Positions 55,071 to 63,914 of a stretch of DNA of 64,000 nucleotides are shown in pieces. This DNA is from Patescibacteria group bacterium (lineage in GTDB: Bacteria; Patescibacteriota; Minisyncoccia; Minisyncoccales; JAHCRE01): the NCBI GenBank assembly GCA_020148055.1, contig JAHCRF010000001.1, positions 5,378 to 69,377 on the forward strand. The letters are read 5' to 3'. The notes beneath the pieces are model-generated. The model was not told the DNA's origin. It searched no databases and saw nothing but the letters and a program-made list of their open reading frames with translations. Every line of letters starts with the position of its first letter. The stretch's first letter is position 1. Made by a program: the position numbers and the translations under genes.

Positions 55071-56944
55071 TTGATTTTTACTTTTAGAGAAGGAATTTTG
55101 AAAATTTTTTTTGATTTTTTAGAGATCTTCTTCTCTTTTAGTAAGTTTTCAAACTCCCTTTTTTCAATTGTTTCTTTCTTGATTAAGGTTTTAGCAATTT
55201 TCTCAAGTAATCTTCTTTTTTGAATCAAAATCTTTTTTGCCTGATTTTCAGCATTTTTAATAAATTTGGTTACCTCTTTATCAATTTGAATTGCCATTTT
55301 CTCAGAATAGTCTCTTCTTTCAGAAATTTCTTTTCCCAAGAAAACTAATTCTTCTTTTTTACCAAAAGAAATTGGTCCCAGAGCTGACATTCCATATTCT
55401 TTGACTAATTTTCTGGCCAATTCGGAAGCCTTTTTTAAGTCATTAGTAGCGCCGGTAGTAATCTCGCCAAACTTTATTTTTTCAGCAACATAACCCCCAA
55501 GTAATGTCGCCATTTCAGCCAAAAATTGAGATTTTGTTTTAATTTTCCTTTCTTCGGTGGGCATCTTTAGGGTGTAACCGGCCGCTAACCCTCGGGCAAC
55601 AATCGAAATTTTTCTAACTTCTTCTGTTCCAGAAAGAAAAGTAGAAACTAAGGCATGACCAGCTTCATGGAAGGCGGCAATTTCCTTTTCTTTTTCAGAT
55701 AAAATGTGGCTTTTTCTTTCCGGACCCAATAAAACTTTCTCAATTGATTCTAATATTTCTTCCTGGTAGATTTGAGCTTTATTTCTTCTAGCAGTCAAAA
55801 TTGCCGCTTCATTAACCAAATTAGCTAAATCAGCTCCTGAAAATCCTGGTGTCCTCTCAGCAATTTCTCTTAGGTTAATATTTGAAGTCAAAGGTTTTCC
55901 CTGACAATGAATTTTTAAAATTTCTACTCGGTCATTAACATCTGGCAAATCTAAAACCACTCTTCGATCAAACCTCCCCGGCCTTAAAAGAGCGGGATCC
56001 AAAATATCAGGGCGATTGGTCGCTGATATTACGATTACATGGGTATCTCTTTCAAATCCATCCATTTCTACTAAAATTTGATTTAGTGTTTGTTCTCTCT
56101 CGTCATGCCCTCCGCCAATACCTGCTCCCCGATGACGACCAATAGCATCAAGTTCATCAATGAAAATTATTGCCGGAGCATTTTTTTTAGCTGTTAAAAA
56201 TAAGTCTCTTACCCTGGCTGATCCCACTCCGACAAACATCTCCACAAATTCCGATCCAGAAATATGATAAAAAGGAACATTAGCCTCACCGGCCACCGCT
56301 CTCGCTAATAAAGTTTTTCCGGTTCCCGGTGCTCCCATTACTAAAACTCCTCTAGGAATTCTCGCCCCTATCTGTAGATATTTTTTTGGATTTTTTAGAA
56401 AATCAACAATCTCCTTTAACTCTTCTTTTGCTTCTTTTAGGCCGGCCACATCCTTGAAAGTAATTTTCTCTTTTGGATGACCTTCGGCTCCAAAAAGTCT
56501 TGCTTTAGCTTTGGTGAAATTGAATACTTGGGTTGCTCCGGTTCTGGCCTGGCGAAAAATAAGCCAAAAAAAGAAGATTAAGAATATAAAAGGAAGGAAA
56601 TATAAAATTGGGCCCAACCAGCTTAAAATTTCTCGTTTTTCTTCTGCTGTTATTTCTATTTTTTGCAGTTTTTCTTGACTCAATCCATAGTTTATTAAAG
56701 ATTCAGAAAGGGCAATCTCTGGCTCTTTTCTTGATTTAGCTTTTGTTCCATCTTGGTAAATTATTTCCAGTTCATTATTGGAAACAGTAATTCTTTTGAT
56801 CTTTTCCTGTTCGATCTCCTTAACCAATTGAGTTAAAGAGAGCACCTTTTCTCTCTCCACTGGTTGAAAAAATAAGGCAAAAATAGCTGAAATAGCTAAG
56901 AAAATGAGGAGAATAAAGAGGAAATTTTTGAATAGAAATTTCAT
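55061..56944 (-). CDS. ftsH: ATP-dependent zinc metalloprotease FtsH
   Basis: Two TM helices, [30 protein letters not shown]. Confidence 0.97.
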   Translation of the reverse strand: MKFLFKNFLFILLIFLAISAIFALFFQPVEREKVLSLTQLVKEIEQEKIKRITVSNNELEIIYQDGTKAKSRKEPEIALSESLINYGLSQEKLQKIEITAEEKREILSWLGPILYFLPFIFLIFFFWLIFRQARTGATQVFNFTKAKARLFGAEGHPKEKITFKDVAGLKEAKEELKEIVDFLKNPKKYLQIGARIPRGVLVMGAPGTGKTLLARAVAGEANVPFYHISGSEFVEMFVGVGSARVRDLFLTAKKNAPAIIFIDELDAIGRHRGAGIGGGHDEREQTLNQILVEMDGFERDTHVIVISATNRPDILDPALLRPGRFDRRVVLDLPDVNDRVEILKIHCQGKPLTSNINLREIAERTPGFSGADLANLVNEAAILTARRNKAQIYQEEILESIEKVLLGPERKSHILSEKEKEIAAFHEAGHALVSTFLSGTEEVRKISIVARGLAAGYTLKMPTEERKIKTKSQFLAEMATLLGGYVAEKIKFGEITTGATNDLKKASELARKLVKEYGMSALGPISFGKKEELVFLGKEISERRDYSEKMAIQIDKEVTKFIKNAENQAKKILIQKRRLLEKIAKTLIKKETIEKREFENLLKEKKISKKSKKIFKIPSLKVKIKRV

Positions 56945-56981
56945 ATAATTGATGATAACAAAAAAATTTAAAAAGTCAATT

Positions 56982-57016
56982 AAAAAACGACCTTGAGAAC
57001 TTTGTCGTTTTTTTTT
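56982..57016 (-). terminator. terminator after rpsA
   Basis: AAAAAACGAC...GTCGTTTTTT inverted repeat. Confidence 0.6.
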
Positions 57017-58076
57017 ATTTGTTATTTTTTAATCTTAAAGTTAGACGATGTTCAATTGGTTCGATTGACAAAATTTCAAAATTATATTTTTTCCCGATCT
57101 CCAAAATATCTTCCATCTTTTTTTGAGAACCAAACTCAGAAATATGGCATAACCCCTGAATTCTTTTATTAATTTTAATGAAAGCACCAAAGGGGTTAAA
57201 TTTACTAACTTCTCCCGAAATTATCTCTCCTTTTTTGTGTTTTTTTTCAAAGTTTTCCCAGGGATCTTTTTTTAATGCTTTTAAAGATAAGGAAACCCTC
57301 TCATCAGAAATTTTGATAATTTTTGCTTTCACTTTTTCCCCAACTTTAACTACTTCTGATGGATCTTCAATTAGTTGCCAGTCAAGCTCGGAAATATGAA
57401 TTAACCCCTCTAAATTTTCCTTACCAAATTTCAAAAAAACTCCAAAATCCAAAATAGCAGTAATTTCTCCTTCAACCACATCTCCTATTTGATAATTTTC
57501 TAAAATTTTCTTTATTTTTTTAGCCTCTTTTGCTTTTTCGGATAAAATAAGTTTTCCTTCTTTTTGAGAAAGATCAAAAATTTTTACTTCTAATTCCTTA
57601 CCAACAAATTTTTTGAGTTCTTTTAAAATTTTTATCTGGTCTCCTCCTTCTACCCGGGGATAATGCTCAGAAGATAATTGAGAAACTGGCAGAAAGGCCG
57701 GAATTCCAGAAACTTCAGCTAATAGCCCTCCTTTATTTGCTTCCAAAATTTTTACCTTCAAAATCTCATCTTTTTCTTTTTTTTGCGCCAATTGCTGCCA
57801 GGCTAACTCTTTTCCGGCTTGGCTTATTGATAATTCGATATAACCTTCTTCGTTTTCCAGATCTATTATTTTAGCAAAAAGATTATCTCCGATTTTCAAT
57901 TCTTTTAGAATCTCTTTTCCTTCAAAGAATTCTTTCCCATAGATTATTCCAGTTCCAGAAAATCCCAAATCTAAATAGACAGCCGATCTTCCTATGCCAA
58001 TAATTTTTCCCTCAACAATTTCACCTATTTTTAGAGGTTTTAATAAATTATTTGGAATCTCAAAATTTTTTCTCAT
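57015..58076 (-). CDS. rpsA: 30S ribosomal protein S1 (four S1 domains)
   Basis: ANKGGL, FLPVSQL, DFGVF, GLIHISEL, PFGAF. Confidence 0.92.
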   Translation of the reverse strand: MRKNFEIPNNLLKPLKIGEIVEGKIIGIGRSAVYLDLGFSGTGIIYGKEFFEGKEILKELKIGDNLFAKIIDLENEEGYIELSISQAGKELAWQQLAQKKEKDEILKVKILEANKGGLLAEVSGIPAFLPVSQLSSEHYPRVEGGDQIKILKELKKFVGKELEVKIFDLSQKEGKLILSEKAKEAKKIKKILENYQIGDVVEGEITAILDFGVFLKFGKENLEGLIHISELDWQLIEDPSEVVKVGEKVKAKIIKISDERVSLSLKALKKDPWENFEKKHKKGEIISGEVSKFNPFGAFIKINKRIQGLCHISEFGSQKKMEDILEIGKKYNFEILSIEPIEHRLTLRLKNNK

Positions 58077-58113
58077 ACCATATAATTTACCATAAATTTT
58101 TTATTTTTACAAA

Positions 58114-58173
58114 CCCCGTTAGAGAACCGGATAGCACGATTTTTTAGATTATCCAGCGATTTCTCTAACGGGG
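58114..58173. repeat. palindromic element CCCCGTTAGAGAA...TTCTCTAACGGGG
   Basis: 13-bp perfect inverted repeat between the divergent rpsA and MBL hydrolase genes. Confidence 0.8.
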
Positions 58174-58246
58174 CAAGAGTTGAATTAAAAAGGATTTCTT
58201 GATAAGATAAGATATTATTATAAATTTTTTTTCAATTTTGGCAAAC

Positions 58247-58900
58247 ATGCAGATTACTTGGTATGGTCAATCTTTTTTTCGAATTTTGACTCAGAAAGGA
58301 AAAAATAATCAAGTTAACCTTGTTATCGATCCCTTTAACGAGACTATTGGATTACGGCCTCCAAAACTCGAGGCTGATATTTTGTTAATCACTCATCAGC
58401 ATTCAGATCATAACAATCTTCTGGCAGTTTCAGGAAACCCTTTTGTTATTTCAGGTCCCGGCGAATATGAAATAAAAGGAGTCTTTATTCAGGGGATTCC
58501 ATCTTTCCATGATAATGTTAGAGGAAAAGAACGAGGTCTAAATACTATTTATACTATAGAGACCGAAGAAATTCGACTTTGTCATTTAGGAGATTTGGGC
58601 CAAAAAGAATTAGATTCTGAACAACTTGAAAAAATAGGCGATATCGATATTTTAATGATTCCCATAGGTGGAGTTTATACAATTTCAGCAAAAGAAGCTT
58701 CAAAAGTAATTTCCCAATCAGAACCCAAGATTGTTATTCCAATGCATTATCAGATTCCAAAGTTGAAAATCAAATTAGAGGGACTAAATAAATTTTTAAA
58801 GATGATGGGAATAAAGACACCTGAAATCTTAAAGAAGTTTTTGATTAAAAAGAAAGATCTGGCAGCTGAGGGGATGAAAATTATTATTTTAAAACCCTAA
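58247..58900 (+). CDS. metallo-beta-lactamase fold hydrolase
   Basis: ITWYGQS, THQHSDH, HLGDLG, IPMHY. Confidence 0.9.
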   Translation: MQITWYGQSFFRILTQKGKNNQVNLVIDPFNETIGLRPPKLEADILLITHQHSDHNNLLAVSGNPFVISGPGEYEIKGVFIQGIPSFHDNVRGKERGLNTIYTIETEEIRLCHLGDLGQKELDSEQLEKIGDIDILMIPIGGVYTISAKEASKVISQSEPKIVIPMHYQIPKLKIKLEGLNKFLKMMGIKTPEILKKFLIKKKDLAAEGMKIIILKP

Positions 58901-58971
58901 ACCGAGCACGTAGAAGAATTATACGCTTCGGTCAAATGATTTTTTTTGGAACATCCTAAAAGAAAACAAAA

Positions 58972-61449
58972 ATGGTCAATAAATCACCAAAATTAAAAAA
59001 TGAAATAGGCTATATTAAACCGCGTGAGATTACTGAGGAGATGAAGGAAAGTTATATTGACTATGCTATGTCAGTTATTATCTCTCGGGCTCTACCTGAT
59101 GTCAGAGATGGGATGAAGCCGGTCCATCGTCGGATTTTGTATTCAATGTATGAGATGGGTTTAAGACATGATGCAAAATTTAGGAAGTCAGCAGCTACTG
59201 TCGGTCAGGTAATTGCTGCTTATCATCCTCATGGAGACATTCCAGTTTACGATGCTTTGACTAGAATGGCTCAAGATTTTTCATTAAGATATCCTTTAAT
59301 TAATGGTCAAGGAAATTTTGGTTCAATCGATGGTGACCCTAGTGCTGCCATGAGATACACTGAAGCCAAACTTTCAGAAGTTGGTGAGGAAATGCTAAGA
59401 GATATTGGAAAAGATACGGTTGATTTTGTTGATAATTATGATGGAACCAGAAAAGAACCAGTGGTCTTGCCTTCACCTTTACCCCAACTTCTTTTAAATG
59501 GTTCTCTCGGGATTGCCGTAGGTATGGCAACCAATATTCCTCCTCATAATCTTTCTGAGGTTGCAGATGCCGCAATCTATTTACTCTCGCACTCAAAAGC
59601 TGATACCGAGGATCTCTTTGAATTTGTCAAAGGGCCTGATTTTCCAACCGGTGGGGAAATTTATGGTCAAAAAGAAATAATTACTGCCTATTCCCAAGGG
59701 AAGGGCCCGATTGTTACTCGAGGAAAGACAGAAATTATTCGTGGAGAAGGAGGTAAAACTAAAATTGTAATTACTGAAATTCCCTTTCAGGTTCAAAAAT
59801 CAAATTTAGTTAAGCAATTTGCTAAGTTGGTCCAAGAAAAAAGAGTCAAAGGGATAAAGGATATCAGAGATGAATCTGATAAGGAAGGTCTAAGAATTGT
59901 TATTGACCTTTCTCGAGAGGCCTATCCTCGGAAAATCTTAAACCAACTTTATAAATTCACCGATCTACAGAAAACCTTTCACTTAAATATGTTAGCCCTA
60001 GTTGATGGAATTCAGCCGAGGGTTTTAAGTTTGGCTGATCTTTTAAATTATTATCTTTCTCATCGGAAAAAAGTAATTTTTAGGAGAACCAAATATGATT
60101 TAGAAAGAGCTAAAGAAAGAGCTCATATTTTAAAAGGATTAAATAAGTGTTTAGGAAAGATTGATCAGGTCATTAAAACGATAAAAGCTTCTAAAGATCG
60201 GAAAGAAGCTGAGAAAAATTTAATAAAAAGATTTAAAGTAACCAAGATTCAGGCCTCGGCCATTTTAGAGACGAAGTTATCTGCTTTGGCAAAATTAGAG
60301 AGAAAGAGAATTGAGGAAGAACTTAAAGAAAATTTGACCAAAATTAAAGAATTCAAAAAAATTCTTAAAAGTCCCAAAAAGATAAAGGAAATTATTGAAA
60401 GAGAGTTAAAAGGACTCAAAGAAAAGTTTGCTGGCAAGAGAAAAACAAAGGTGATTTCTAAAAAAATTGAAGAAATAGCCTTGGAAGATTTAATTCCCCA
60501 GGAGGAAACAATCATCACCTTAACTCAGGGTGGTTATATTAAAAGGATAAATCCCAAAAGTTATAAAATTCAGAAAAGAGGAGGTAAAGGAATTTTAGGA
60601 ATGAAGACTTTACAGGAAGATATTGTTGAGCATTTCCTTTTAGCTAAAACTCATGATTCTTTACTTTTCTTTACCGATTCGGGAAAGGTTTTTAAAATCT
60701 TAGTTTATGAAATTCCTGAGGCAACGAGAGTAGCCAGGGGTCGAGGTCTTTTGAATTTTCTGGAAATTTCTTCTCGGGAGAAGGTTTTAACTCTTTTACC
60801 TTTAAGTAAAAAAGATTTAGAGTTGGGGATAAAATATTTAGTAATGATTACTCGAAATGGTATAATTAAAAAAACAGAGATTTCTGAATTTGAGAATGTT
60901 CGGAGATCGGGATTAATTGCCATTTCGCTTAAAAAGGGTGATCTTTTAAAAAAGGTTCAAAAGAGTACGGGGGATGATGGAGTGATTTTGGTAACTAAAA
61001 AAGGCCAATCTATTCGATTTAAAGAAAAAGAGATTAGAGGGATGGGAAGACCGGCTTCTGGAGTAAAAGGAATTAAATTAGGAAAAGAAGATAGGGTAGT
61101 AGGAATGGACATAATAAGGTCAAAGGTCAAAGGTCAAAGGTCAAAGGTCAAAGAACATCTTTTGGTGGTTACGGGAAATGGCTATGGGAAAAGGACGGAT
61201 TTGCGAGAATACCGATTGCAGGGGAGAGGAGGCTTTGGGATTAAAACAGCTAAAATTACTTCAAAGACCGGCGATTTAGTTTTTTCAAAATTATTAACCA
61301 CCGAAGAAGATTTAATTGTAATTTCTCAAAGAGGCAAAGTAATTAGGATTAAAATTGCCTTAATTCCAAAATTCTCACGGATTACCCAAGGAGTGAAAAT
61401 TATGAAATTAGAAGAAGGAGATTGGGTCGCTTCCGCAACCTGTATCTAA
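58972..61449 (+). CDS. gyrA: DNA gyrase subunit A
   Basis: RALPDVRDG, YHPHGD, AAMRYTE, GyrA-box QKRGGKG, beta-pinwheel repeats. Confidence 0.97.
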   Translation: MVNKSPKLKNEIGYIKPREITEEMKESYIDYAMSVIISRALPDVRDGMKPVHRRILYSMYEMGLRHDAKFRKSAATVGQVIAAYHPHGDIPVYDALTRMAQDFSLRYPLINGQGNFGSIDGDPSAAMRYTEAKLSEVGEEMLRDIGKDTVDFVDNYDGTRKEPVVLPSPLPQLLLNGSLGIAVGMATNIPPHNLSEVADAAIYLLSHSKADTEDLFEFVKGPDFPTGGEIYGQKEIITAYSQGKGPIVTRGKTEIIRGEGGKTKIVITEIPFQVQKSNLVKQFAKLVQEKRVKGIKDIRDESDKEGLRIVIDLSREAYPRKILNQLYKFTDLQKTFHLNMLALVDGIQPRVLSLADLLNYYLSHRKKVIFRRTKYDLERAKERAHILKGLNKCLGKIDQVIKTIKASKDRKEAEKNLIKRFKVTKIQASAILETKLSALAKLERKRIEEELKENLTKIKEFKKILKSPKKIKEIIERELKGLKEKFAGKRKTKVISKKIEEIALEDLIPQEETIITLTQGGYIKRINPKSYKIQKRGGKGILGMKTLQEDIVEHFLLAKTHDSLLFFTDSGKVFKILVYEIPEATRVARGRGLLNFLEISSREKVLTLLPLSKKDLELGIKYLVMITRNGIIKKTEISEFENVRRSGLIAISLKKGDLLKKVQKSTGDDGVILVTKKGQSIRFKEKEIRGMGRPASGVKGIKLGKEDRVVGMDIIRSKVKGQRSKVKEHLLVVTGNGYGKRTDLREYRLQGRGGFGIKTAKITSKTGDLVFSKLLTTEEDLIVISQRGKVIRIKIALIPKFSRITQGVKIMKLEEGDWVASATCI
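61116..61153 (+). repeat. heptamer tandem repeat (AAGGTCA)x5 inside gyrA
   Basis: Read directly; encodes RSKVKGQRSKVK. Confidence 0.9.
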
Positions 61450-61475
61450 ACTGTTTGAACTTACACTTTAAACAT

Positions 61476-61997
61476 ATGGAATTTTTAAATCCACAAGAAG
61501 TTTTAAATCAATTGGAATTAGAGGGTGATATGATTGCTGCTGATTTTGGTTCAGGTTCTGGCGGCTGGGCAATACCTTTGGCAAAAAGATTGAAATTTGG
61601 AAGAGTCTATGCTATTGATATTTTAGAGGAGCCTCTTTCAGCTCTTAAAAGTAAGGGAGAGATTGAAAGAGTTTTCAATATTGAGACTGTACGTTCTAAT
61701 GTGGAAGCAAAACAGGGTTCAAAGCTTGCCGATTCTTTTTGCGATTTAGTTCTAATAACCAATCTCTTGTTTGAAGCAAAGGATAAAAAGATAATTATGG
61801 ATGAAGCAAAAAGAGCTTTAAAAAAGAAAGGAAAAATTTTAGTTGTTGATTGGTTTCCCGAAGCTCCTCTTGGTCCAAAAGAAGGCAGAGTTTCAGCTGC
61901 CGACGTTAAAAAAATAGCTCAAGATTTAAATTTAAAATTAGAAAAAGAATTTAAAGCCGGAGCTTACCATTATGGCTTAATATTTATAAAGCCATAA
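61476..61997 (+). CDS. class I SAM-dependent methyltransferase
   Basis: ADFGSGSG, VYAIDI, LVVDW; start ATG 61476. Confidence 0.88.
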   Translation: MEFLNPQEVLNQLELEGDMIAADFGSGSGGWAIPLAKRLKFGRVYAIDILEEPLSALKSKGEIERVFNIETVRSNVEAKQGSKLADSFCDLVLITNLLFEAKDKKIIMDEAKRALKKKGKILVVDWFPEAPLGPKEGRVSAADVKKIAQDLNLKLEKEFKAGAYHYGLIFIKP

Positions 61998-62001
61998 TGA
62001 G

Positions 62002-62116
62002 AGAAAGGGGTCGGGAAAACTGAGTGCAGGGGCCCGCAAAGCGGGAGGGTGGTGGGTGGGTTGGAGTCCCGTGGCGGAAATATTAAAACCGATGGGTTTT
62101 AAGGAGCGGAGCGACC
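62002..62116 (+). repeat. dispersed palindromic element (copy of 45342-45413) carrying a ~40-nt G-rich insert
   Basis: Flanks match the reverse complement of 45342-45413; insert CAGGGGCCCGCAAAGCGGGAGGGTGGTGGGTGGGTTGGAG. Confidence 0.85.
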
Positions 62117-62174
62117 ATTAGTGTTTAGTCTTTACTAAATTATAGTCTTTGCTAAAATTAACTAATATTTGTTT

Positions 62175-62510
62175 ATGAAGCCTTATCTAATTAAAAAAAT
62201 AATTTTTCCAATACTTTTATTCTCTTTTTTGATACCTTTTTTGGCTGAGGGAATAGTAATTCCCAACCCTCTTGATGCTACTACATTTGAAGAGTTGATT
62301 GAAAAACTTATTGATCTCATTTTTTGGGTTGCTGTAGCCATTACTCCCCTTATGATTATTGTTGCCGGTTTTTATTTTGTAACAGCAGCTGGTGATCCAG
62401 AAAAAATTAGGAAAGCTAAAAATATAATTTTATGGACAATAGTCGGACTTGCTATAGTTTTACTTGCCAAAGGAATAATTTCTATGATAAGACAAATAAT
62501 AGGAGGATAA
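62175..62510 (+). CDS. VirB2/TrbC-like pilin
   Basis: Signal peptide, IPNPL, two TM helices with TAAGDPEKIRKAK. Confidence 0.85.
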   Translation: MKPYLIKKIIFPILLFSFLIPFLAEGIVIPNPLDATTFEELIEKLIDLIFWVAVAITPLMIIVAGFYFVTAAGDPEKIRKAKNIILWTIVGLAIVLLAKGIISMIRQIIGG

Positions 62511-62589
62511 AATTAAAAAGTGAAACCTAAGATTTAAAAATACAAAGGTCGAGGAAATAATAAACAATAAACAATAAACAATGAATAAT

Positions 62590-63036
62590 ATGAGAAAAAT
62601 TATTTCAGTTCTAATCTTAGCTGCTTTGCTTTTACCCCTAGTTGCTTTAGCTCAGATAGAGGTAAAGGAGTGCTGTACTCTTCATAAAACAATTACAGTT
62701 GAGGGAGACACCTGTGCCGAAGGTGATGTAGCAGCTCCTGATGCAGCAGCAGCTGCAGATTGTGCAGGAGCCTACTGTGCAGCTTCAGCAGATGCTTGGG
62801 GAATGTTTTGTCTTTTAAATAGCATTTACCGAGTTACTGACTGGGTCTCTTACATCTTATTTGCTTTTGTTGGAGTGATGATAATTATTGGAGCCTTTAC
62901 AATTGTTACAGCTGGTGGATCGCCCGACAAGGTGTCTTCTGGAAGAAATTACATTGTGTATGCGATCATTGGTTTAGTAGTTGCCTTTTTTGCCAGGGCT
63001 ATTCCTGCTCTTGTCAAGGCAGTGATAGGAATGTAA
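62590..63036 (+). CDS. VirB2/TrbC-like pilin with Cys-rich N-terminal domain (copy 1; alternative start 62581)
   Basis: Signal peptide ending ALA, six Cys, two TM helices with TAGGSPDKV. Confidence 0.85.
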   Translation: MRKIISVLILAALLLPLVALAQIEVKECCTLHKTITVEGDTCAEGDVAAPDAAAAADCAGAYCAASADAWGMFCLLNSIYRVTDWVSYILFAFVGVMIIIGAFTIVTAGGSPDKVSSGRNYIVYAIIGLVVAFFARAIPALVKAVIGM

Positions 63037-63162
63037 AGAGAGAAAAATTTGGTAAATTTTAACTTCTTGTTCGGAGAGAATAAGAGATTTTGATTGAATT
63101 CGAAATGCAGAGAGTTGAGCAAAATAACTTCCGGCTTTAGAGTCTGCGGTCCAAGAAACAAT

Positions 63163-63621
63163 ATGAGCAAAATTATTTTAGTTTTAGCTTTGGTAAGTTT
63201 ATTGAGCCTCTTGCTTTTACCAATGGTAGCCTTGGCTCAGATAGAAATAAAGGAGTGCTGTACTCTTCATAAAACAATTACAGTTGATACGGTTACCTGT
63301 AACGAAGATACTGTGGCAGCTCCTGATGCAGCAGCAGCTGCAGATTGTGCAGGAGCCTACTGTGCAGCTTCAGCAGATGTTTGGGGAATGTTTTGTATTT
63401 TGAATACTATTTACCGAGTTACTGACTGGGTCTCTTACATCTTATTTGCTTTTGTTGGAGTGATGATAATTATTGGAGCCTTTACAATTGTTACAGCTGG
63501 TGGATCGCCCGACAAGGTGTCTTCTGGAAGAAATTACATTGTGTATGCGATCATTGGTTTAGTAGTTGCCTTTTTTGCCAGGGCTATTCCTGCTCTTGTC
63601 AAGGCAGTGATAGGAATGTAA
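63163..63621 (+). CDS. VirB2/TrbC-like pilin (copy 2, tandem paralogue)
   Basis: Near-identical to copy 1; start ATG 63163. Confidence 0.85.
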   Translation: MSKIILVLALVSLLSLLLLPMVALAQIEIKECCTLHKTITVDTVTCNEDTVAAPDAAAAADCAGAYCAASADVWGMFCILNTIYRVTDWVSYILFAFVGVMIIIGAFTIVTAGGSPDKVSSGRNYIVYAIIGLVVAFFARAIPALVKAVIGM

Positions 63622-63680
63622 AGAGAGAAAAATTTGGTAAATTTTAACTTTCTATTTAGAAAGAATGAATGTTTTGATTT

Positions 63681-63709
63681 AATCAATCCCGCCAAGGGGT
63701 TGATTTTTT
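63681..63709 (+). terminator. terminator after the pilin cluster
   Basis: AATCAATCCC-GCCAA-GGGGTTGATT followed by TTTT. Confidence 0.7.
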
Positions 63710-63735
63710 AATATTAAAAAGATAAGGTAAAATAG

Positions 63736-63765
63736 ATGGATGTAGCTGAATTGGAATAGGCATCC
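63736..63765 (+). pseudogene. possible class II tRNA (Leu-like) 5' fragment
   Basis: ATGGATG-TA-GCTGAATTGGAATAGGC-A resembles an acceptor strand plus D arm; lies 11 nt upstream of tRNA-Leu(TAG). Confidence 0.4.
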
Positions 63766-63776
63766 TCTACCAAATT

Positions 63777-63858
63777 GCCGAGGTGGTGAAACTGGAAAAC
63801 ACGTAGGATTTAGGATCCTATGGCGAAAGCTTTGTGGGTTCAAATCCCACCCTCGGCA
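63777..63858 (+). tRNA. tRNA-Leu(TAG)
   Basis: Arm TAGGA-TTTAGGA-TCCTA; variable arm GGC-GAAA-GCT. Confidence 0.92.
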
Positions 63859-63862
63859 CAGC

Positions 63863-63887
63863 AAAAGTCGCCAAAAAGGCGACTTTT
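63863..63887. terminator. bidirectional terminator
   Basis: AAAAGTCGCC-AAAAA-GGCGACTTTT. Confidence 0.82.
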
Positions 63888-63914
63888 AGTTATTAGTTTC
63901 TAGTTATTAGTTTT

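Noticed and set aside
62590-63650. Diversity-generating retroelement template/variable repeat pair
   Set aside because: Differences between the copies are not adenine-specific in either direction (for example GCT/GTT and GAG/GAT), both copies are full genes, and no reverse transcriptase is present in the window.
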